NCBI GenBank assembly: GCA_951406725.2
Contig: OX597817.1
Span: 16,492,001-16,556,000, forward strand
From: Octopus vulgaris
Taxonomy: Eukaryota
Reading direction: 5' to 3'
Length of the DNA stretch: 64,000 nt
Below, one piece after another: positions 52,401 to 61,345 of the stretch (positions are counted from its first letter, which is position 1; every line of letters starts with the position of its first letter). The position numbers and the translations under genes were made by a program. The notes under the pieces are model-generated. The model was not told the DNA's origin. It saw only the letters and a program-made list of their open reading frames with translations, and searched no databases.

Positions 52401-55400
52401 AGTATGTATTGAGAAATGTGTAAATGGACTTGATAGATTACTGGGCAATCTCTTAGAGAAATCACATTATTGTTGGTGATACAGCATTCTATTGCAGCCA
52501 TATGACATATGTTTGTGACTAAGTGACATGTGATGACAATTCACTCCCGAACTGAAATAGGCTCCCAGCCTCTGTATCATGAATGGTTTTGTGGACCCCT
52601 CCTAACAAAAGCCAGAGCTTCCTTCGATCACTACATAAAAAGTATTAAGAAAAAAATGTTATTTAGACATACTTTTATTTTAGTTATTTACACTATTTTA
52701 TGCTTATACATTCACAGTTCACAAATTTCCTTATTTAAATTATGAACCATATTCCTTTTGATAATATCAATATGATTACAAAACTTCTTTGTAGACGATA
52801 TTTTTCTGTTTGGTTGACAGTAATTTTCAAATTACTGGAGTCCATTGCCCTACTCGTAGCAACGTATAACAGGCTGTGTGTAAACATCGGAATGGGTAAA
52901 AATACACCTACATTATCGAAAGTGTGGCCCTGTGCCTTGTTTGCTGTGAATGCATGAGTGGAATCTTTAGGGTTGCAAGAAATTGAACTAAGACTTAGCT
53001 CTCACTGTTCTATGCAAATAATGTCTGGATGTTTTGGTACCACTGGTTATTTTGATTGACAAAACTGAGATGTAAACAACAGCCGCTTCGATTAGCCATT
53101 TCGAAACCTACTTGAGACTGATACACTTCAATAACCACTAAATAATCACACACACTATATACTGACTCACTTTTTCCAGTTTATTTTCACTATTAAGTGT
53201 CCTCGTGAACCACTTTGTATCTACGATGGGGCCACGAATTATATGATGAAAATCCAGAGTTACTCATGATCAGTGAATTTTTGCCCATAAATACATATGC
53301 ACACATCTTTTTTGTGCATGAAAGAGAGAGAGAGAGTGAGTGAGGCAGTATTTCTTCATAACATATAGAAAAATGGATGTCTTTTAATGCAATTTTTTTT
53401 AGTGAACTTCACTAATTGTTTTTTGCTAACATAGACCAATGCTACTTTCTTTGGACTTTGGTTTCATTTGCTATAATGTAGTTATTTGTCTCCAGGAAAT
53501 AAATCCGATCTTTTTTTTTCCCTTGCTTAATGCTCTTGAGAAAGTCATGAATGTTTCAAGTTTCTTGTATTGTTCCATTTTTTTTTTGCATTTGTGTTCA
53601 AGTGAAGTATCTACACTTTTTATTCTCTTATTCATGCGAAGGATGGTAAGCTGAAAGAATTGTTAGAAAAATATTTTGCAGTTCTACATTCTGTGTTCAA
53701 ATCCTGCCAAAGTCAACTTTACCTTTCGTCTTTTAAGAATTGATAAAATAAACAAATAAAGCAATAATCAAATACTGGGGTCAGTGATATAGCTTAACTT
53801 CATTCTCTCTAAGTTGCTGGCTTTGTGCCTAATCCAGAAACAATTCTTTTTATTCATACTTGCATATTACATGCATAAAATAATTATGACTGCACACAAA
53901 CTGTTTGTTCATATGATTATAATGTCATGATTAGGTTTACAAGAAATAAAGATTATACAAATTTTTTAAAGTTTAGCTTTGTTTCTTATAATTTATTTAG
54001 AACTGGAAAACCAGACGAAATTAAATCAACAGCTTTAGCACGTAAATTTCTGTTTAAAAGTGATGAAGATACAAGCGAGGATAAAGGTAACTGAAAAAAA
54101 TTATTATTCAAGTTTATTTTTTAAGTTATGGAGATGTACTCGCATAGCAAGTGACCTGATCTGAGATCGTGTGCTGGAATGAAAACAATTGCAGCGTGGA
54201 AGGTGTTTGTAGGCCATTTAAGAAACACACAAAAGCCGTTCGATTCACTTCAACATTTAAGTTTAATTTGTCAAAATATTTTCGTCGCTAAAATCCGCGA
54301 CCTGTTCACTGACGAAAATCCGTGATGCAGCATGGATTTTTGTCAGTGAACAGGTCACGGATTTTAGCGACGAAAATATTTTGACAAATTAAACTTAAAT
54401 GTTGAAGTGAATCGAATGGCTTTTGTGTGTTTCTTAAATGGCATACAAACACCTTCCATGCTGCAATTATTTTTTAAGTGCATATATATTATTCACTTAA
54501 AATTGACTTTCTACTTGTTCATTCTTCCTGTCTTAAATTCACATATCACTTTTTTTTTTGAAATTCTCAGAAAAGACGAGCTCAAAACTTAAATATGCTG
54601 AATTCACCTATAAGAGATCATTGCTGCTGTTATCATTACTGCTATCATTATCATTATAATGATTGTTTTTTAACATAGAAAGGACACGCCTTCTTCACTA
54701 TGGCATTTTGCTATTCAGTGATGATTACATTTCTTTTTGCTTATGACATCTGCTATTCTCAGATCTGAGCCCTCTACTTCTTCCTAAGTTTTTCCTGGCC
54801 ATAGGTACTTTCTGTTGTTAGCCAGTACAATGGATGTTTTGACAAACAAAATAACTCAGGACTGCTTATGCTCCACAATCTGGGCTGGCAGATGAACAGA
54901 AGGACCAATTCAATGAGGTTCTTTTGCAGATTATTTTGATGATGAAGAATAGTGACCTTAGTGTGGCTGATGACCCCAATGGATATGAGTGTATATAGAG
55001 GCTATGACCTTAGTTCTAGATATGAGAAAGAAACAAGGTTGCTAGAATTCTGTGATGCAAATGACTTGATGATCTACCATCAACTTGCCATTTGGCCACC
55101 TATCAATCTGGTGGGCACACAATCCAGAAAATTGACAGACACTTGTGAAGACAAAGTCTATGCTAATTATTTAGCATACAAGCAGGAGTTCCCCAGGGCT
55201 TGGTTTTTAGTCCCCTCTTACTATTCATAGTTCTCCAGGTTATAGCAGGATTTAAGACTGGTGCTCTTGAGAACTACTGTATGCTGATGACATTCTTCTT
55301 AAAGAAGAATCTGTAGTAGAACTAGAAGAGAAATCCAGGTGTGGAAGAAAAATCTGGAAACAAAGGGCCTTAAAACTAGTTGAGCAAAACCCAATGCCCC

Positions 55401-58400
55401 TAGTAAACAAGAAAACAAACAGGACTCTCCTGAAGGAAAATGGCCCAGTTTGATATGTAGGAAAGGTACAAAGCAGAAATTCCATATGGTGTGCTCAGTG
55501 CAGGCTATGGATACACAAGACATAAAGTGGAATCACAGGAAGGTTAATAGAAAAAGCAGACTTTGTGTAACATGTGCTAGAGCAATAAACACTAAGAACA
55601 CACAGGAAGTAGATTCTCTCAAATACTCAAGAGGTTCCTTAGATGTAGCAAATAGCTTCTGTCACCGAGATGACCTAATTAGTAGCAGAGAAGAATGTTC
55701 TGAAAATATAGTTCCTAGCATAAGAATATGATGGAGAAAGTTCAGGGAGTTATTACTTCCATCCGAACGTGGCCGTTGCCAGCGCCACCCCGACTGGCCT
55801 CGTGCTGGTGGCACATAAAAAGCACCATCCGTTCGTGGCCGTTTGCCAGCCTCGCCTGGCCCTCGTGCCAGTGGCACGTAAAAAGCACCATCCGATCGTG
55901 GCCGTTTGCCAGCCTCGCCTGGCCCCCATGCCGGTGGCACGTAACAAAGCACCCACTGCACTCACGGAGTGGTTGGCGTTAGGAAGGGCATTCAGCTGTG
56001 GAAACATTGCCAGATCAGACTGGGCCTGGTGCAGCCTTCTGGCTTCCCAGACCCCAGTTGAACCGTCCAACCCATGCCAGCATGGAAAGTGAACGCCAAA
56101 CGATGATGATGATGATGATTAATAGCAAAAGTTCTTTGCCTCAGCATGAAAGGCAGATTGTATGATGTTTGTGTACAGGCAATGAGAGATTTCTCTTAAA
56201 CCCATTTTTTCCCATCATCTCATCTATGCTCTCTTGTTCATACATTGCATGCCAGTGAGCCTTGTTTCTTTCTAGCCCTTGCACATCTACCTCTTTCTGT
56301 ACTTACACATCTTGCTACCGTTCAATATCACACTTTGTACACTGTCCTCTACTCAGAGAGAAACCTTTTATTGTCAGCAGAAATAAAACACGTGTGTGTG
56401 TGTCTATCTCCATGTGTTTGTGACTGTTTACATTTTTTTTAATACTAAATTATAAAAGTTATTAATAGACATTTATAGTAGTGTCTGTACATGTATAGGG
56501 GATTATGGGTTTATAACGTCCATATCTTCTACAGCTAGTCTTCAACTGGGTTGATTGTTTATGTCAACAGCTAAAGAGTAAATGTTTAAAACTCAGCCAT
56601 TCACAGTTTTTGATATGGTGTTGTTCAGTGCATTGCACCCTTTAAACTTCATTTGACTGGTTGTAATAACTTAAGAATTGTTGATTTTTAACTGAAATTG
56701 TTTGACAGATGCTGTGGAGCTTTTTCATGTGACAGAGGTCAAAGTACCTTCACTCATTTTGATTTATATTTTTATATAAACATATAGCTTCAACCAGTTG
56801 TAGGTTTTCTTTTCCTTTTTCTCTATCAATGGAGGTAAGCTCTGGGCTAACCAGTTCTATAATCTGATTTTGAAATCTGGTTGTAACTTTTTTTAATTAT
56901 TGATGAGAACTGAATGAATGTTACTGTGTCACTTCCTCTCCTCTTTAAAACTAAAAACTTATGTTCATGTTAGGAATCAATACTACTTAAGTTAATTAGT
57001 TACTAAATTGATATTGATTGTAAAGATATGAAACTAAATATTTCATATACCAGTTTATTAAGAAGTTTAAATTTCATAGAATTTCCTTTTGTTATGGTTA
57101 TTGTGTAATTAAATTTTCTATTAGTAAAAATCCCAAGAGGCATAGATGTTGCGGAAACATCAGTCAAATTTAATCTTGATTCTGAAAATTGAACTTAAAA
57201 AGCAAATCTGTTCTGATAAGGTTGTATTTTTCATTCACACTATGTTAAGGATTTTAAATAAATATATTTTTCTATGTCAAGATTAATTAGTTCTTCAAAA
57301 TTTACCAAAATAATTTCAGCCAGTGTTTACACATAAATGATTTACGCAATGTGAACTATTTAGCCGTATATATTTAGCTGTTGTATCTATTTTTCAGATT
57401 TTTTCCATCAATTTTTAAGAATGAGTGGAAGTGCAATTCTGATAACATTTTTCAGACCCTCCTAATCTTGAGTATTAAGATAACAGAGTGAAGTTAATGA
57501 AATTATTTTTCATTAGGTTAGAAATTGCATGGAAATTATGGAAGATGTTCCGGAATAACATAGTTTAGGGGATAAATACTGGTAGAAAAATCTGAACGTA
57601 AAATAATTTTTTTGTGTGTTTAACCCTTTAGCATTTAAACCGGCCATATCCGGCCAGAAGTATTCTGCTTGTTTTATGTTCAAACTGGCCACATCTGGTC
57701 TCTCACACCAATCCTACAATATCATTTAAAAAATTAACAGCAACCTCATCAAAATCTCATAGCTACAAGATGATGCATGATTAGTTCAAAACAATGTGGA
57801 TAAAGAAACATTAATTTTGGTGGAATAATGTGAACACTAAAGGGTTAAACTTAAGTTGTAGAATTTCAGTTTTTAAATATGTAAATTGCTTAATATTTTC
57901 TGTGCACTTTCACTTAGTAAGCATTCTTAAAGCATTCTCATTATTAAAGCATTCAAAGTTCAGTAAAATTCTCCAAGAGAGTAGAAAATGTGATTGTTTT
58001 CAGATATTTGTTTTGGTTGATTTTTCAGACTTTAGACTAAAAACGTTATTTTTGGAGAAATTATTACATCTTGAAAATTTACTTTAGCCACTGGAAACAC
58101 CTGCTGCATTATTGTACTGACTCATCAAAATGAAAAAAAATAAATTCAATTGAATATAAATCATCATATACAAATTGAATTTCAATAGCCTTTAAAGTAC
58201 AGTGCTGACGTAGAGTATCTGTTAATATATTTATAAGGCAGTGAGCCGGCAGAAACTTTAGCACACCGGGTGAAATGCTTAGTGGTATTTTGCTAGTCTT
58301 TATGTTCTGAGTTCAAATTCTGCCAAGGTCGACTTTGCCTTTCATCCTTTTGGGGGTCAATAAATTAAGTACCAGTTTCATACTGGGGCTGATCTAACCA

Positions 58401-58947
58401 ACTGGCCCCTCCCCCAAAATTTTGGGCCTTGTGCCTAGAGTAGAAATATATATATATATATTATTTATATATATATATATCACGTGATTACGTGACCGAC
58501 CAGATCATCAGGTGTTGTTACACATCGCTGGTCACAATGCGTTCTTATTGTTTTAGCCTTCGAATGATGCCATCCCGCTGGCTAAGCGAGCAGGCCAACA
58601 GAAGAAAGAGTGGGAGAAAGAGTGGTGAAAGAGTACAGCAGGGATCACCCCCCCCACCTGCTGGAGCCTCGTGGAGCTTTTAGGTGTTTTCGCTCAATAA
58701 ACACTCACAACGCCCGGTCTGGGAATCGAAACCGCGATCCTGTGACCGCGAGTCCGCTGCCCTAACCACTAAGCCATTGCGCCTCCACATATATATATAT
58801 ATATATATATTGTCACCTGCGCTCGACGTATATGGTGTCCCTGTACATCATTGCCCAGGGATAACACAGGTAATAGATATTGACAGTACATACAGATATT
58901 TTATCCCTTAGTTGGTAACTACAACTGCTAGCTCTCTCTCTCTCTCT

Positions 58948-59022
<75 letters not shown>

Positions 59023-61222
59023 TAAAGATTTTGATGCAATTTGTAATTTGAAAAAGAGAAAGGAGTTGTGTTTTAAGTAGCTGTAATGATACTCTTAATA
59101 TGGGATAATGTATTCAATCACATTTTCTAAAATATGTTCCTCTATGAAAATTGGAATTTGTATAACCTTAAGCACTATTAATTTACCTTCTACTAGATAG
59201 TGAACCAGAAGTGAATACTCCATCAAGACACATTGCTTCTCTACAAGTTTCTCCAGTTTCTGTGATAGTATCAGATACGGCAGATGAGATGAAGTAAGTT
59301 GGTTGTTTGTATTATTTTAATAGATTTTTGTTTGTTTTTGTTTAGGGTGACGAGCTGGCAGAAACGTTAGCACGTCCGGCGACATGCTTAGCAGTATTTC
59401 GTCTGTCGCTACGTTCTGAGTTCAAATTCCGCCAAGGTTGACTTTGCCTTTCATTCTTTCAGGGTCAATTAAATAAGTACCAGTTACACACTGGGGTTGA
59501 TATAATCAACTTAATCCGTTTGTCTGTCCTTGTTTGTCCCCTCTCTGTGTAGCCCCTTGTGGGCAGTAAAGAATTAAGATTTTTTTTTTACGTCTTATTC
59601 ATTTCAGTCTTTTGACCGTGGCCATGCTGAGGCACTACCTTGCAGGGTTTAGCTGAACAACTCAACCCTAGTAATTATTCCTTAAGTTTAGTACTTATTG
59701 TTTCGGTCTCTTTTGCCAATTCCTTAAGTTTAGTACTTATTGTTTCGGTCTCTTTTGCCAATTCCTTAAGTTTAGTACTTATTGTTTCGGTCTCTTTTGC
59801 CAATTCCTTAAGTTTAGTACTTATTGTTTCGGTCTCTTTTGCCAATTCCTTAAGTTTAGTACTTATTGTTTCGGTCTCTTTTGCCAATTCCTTAAGTTTA
59901 GTACTTATTGTTTCGGTCTCTTTTGCCAATTCCTTAAGTTTAGTACTTATTGTTTCGGTCTCTTTTGCCAATTCCTTAAGTTTAGTACTTATTGTTTCGG
60001 TCTCTTTTGCCAATTCCTTAAGTTTAGTACTTATTGTTTCGGTCTCTTTTGCCAATTCCTTAAGTTTAGTACTTATTGTTTCGGTCTCTTTTGCCAATTC
60101 CTTAAGTTTAGTACTTATTGTTTCGGTCTCTTTTGCCAATTCCTTAAGTTTAGTACTTATTGTTTCGGTCTCTTTTGCCAAACCGCTAAATTACATGAAT
60201 GTAAACAAACTGGCACAGGTGATCAATTGATGGTGGGGAGAAAAACACAAACACGAAGCACACACATGCACACATACAGACTATGGAACTTGGTGCAGCC
60301 CTTGGCCTTACCAGTTCCTGTCGAGCCACCCAACCCATGCCTGCATGGAAAATGGATGCTAATTGATGATGATGATGATATATCATCATCAAGAAGCTTG
60401 CTTCCTAACCACATGGTTCTGCAATCGGTCCCACTGCATGGCTCCTTAGGCAAGGGTCTTTTACTATAACCTTGGGCTGAGAGTAGATTTAGTAGATGGA
60501 AACTGAAAGAAGTGCATTGTGTATGTACGTGTATATATATATATATATATATATATGGAGGTGCAATGGCCCAGTAGTTAGGGCAGCAGACTCGCGGTCG
60601 GAGGATCGCGGTTTCAATTCCCAGACCGGGCGTTGTGTGTGTTTATTAAGGGAAAACACCTAAAAGCTCCATGAGGCTCCGGCAGGGGGTGGTGATCCTT
60701 GCTGTACTCTTTCACCACTCTTTCTCCCACTTTCTTCTGTTGGCCTGCTCGCCTAGCCAGTGGGGTGGCGTCATTCAAAGGCTAAAACAATGCGAACGCA
60801 TTGTGACCAGCGATGTGTAGCAACATCTGACGGGCTGGTCGGTCACGTGATTACATGATATATATATATATATTGTTGTTGTTGTTGGCATCATTTTGTC
60901 TTGGGAGACAATGGAGTTGTGCATAAAAATAATCCAGTCTGGTTTTTACTCCAGTTCTGCGCAGACCGGGGCTGGAATTAAGAAAATCCTGGGTAGCCCA
61001 GTCAACAGGATTCCTCTCTCGACCTTGCTGATGTAGTCCCAAGGAGTGCAGAGCATTACTTTTGGCTCCAGCTTGGTTGCAGGAGCTGCTGGAAGAATGT
61101 TGAGTTGAACACTAAACCACCTAAGGGGCTCCACTATGGATTTCTTTGAAGGTTGTCTCCTTTCTGTAACCCTGGATATATGGATATATATATATATAAT
61201 CATCATCATCATCATCATCGTT

Positions 61223-61289
<67 letters not shown>

Positions 61290-61298
61290 ATGTATGTA

Positions 61299-61345
<47 letters not shown>

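Noticed and set aside
59640-60230. 196-aa and 168-aa repeat ORFs / CRISPR-like array
   Set aside because: Identical head-to-tail 42-bp units with no spacers, derived from a SINE; open frames follow from unit length being a multiple of 3; eukaryotic context with no cas genes.
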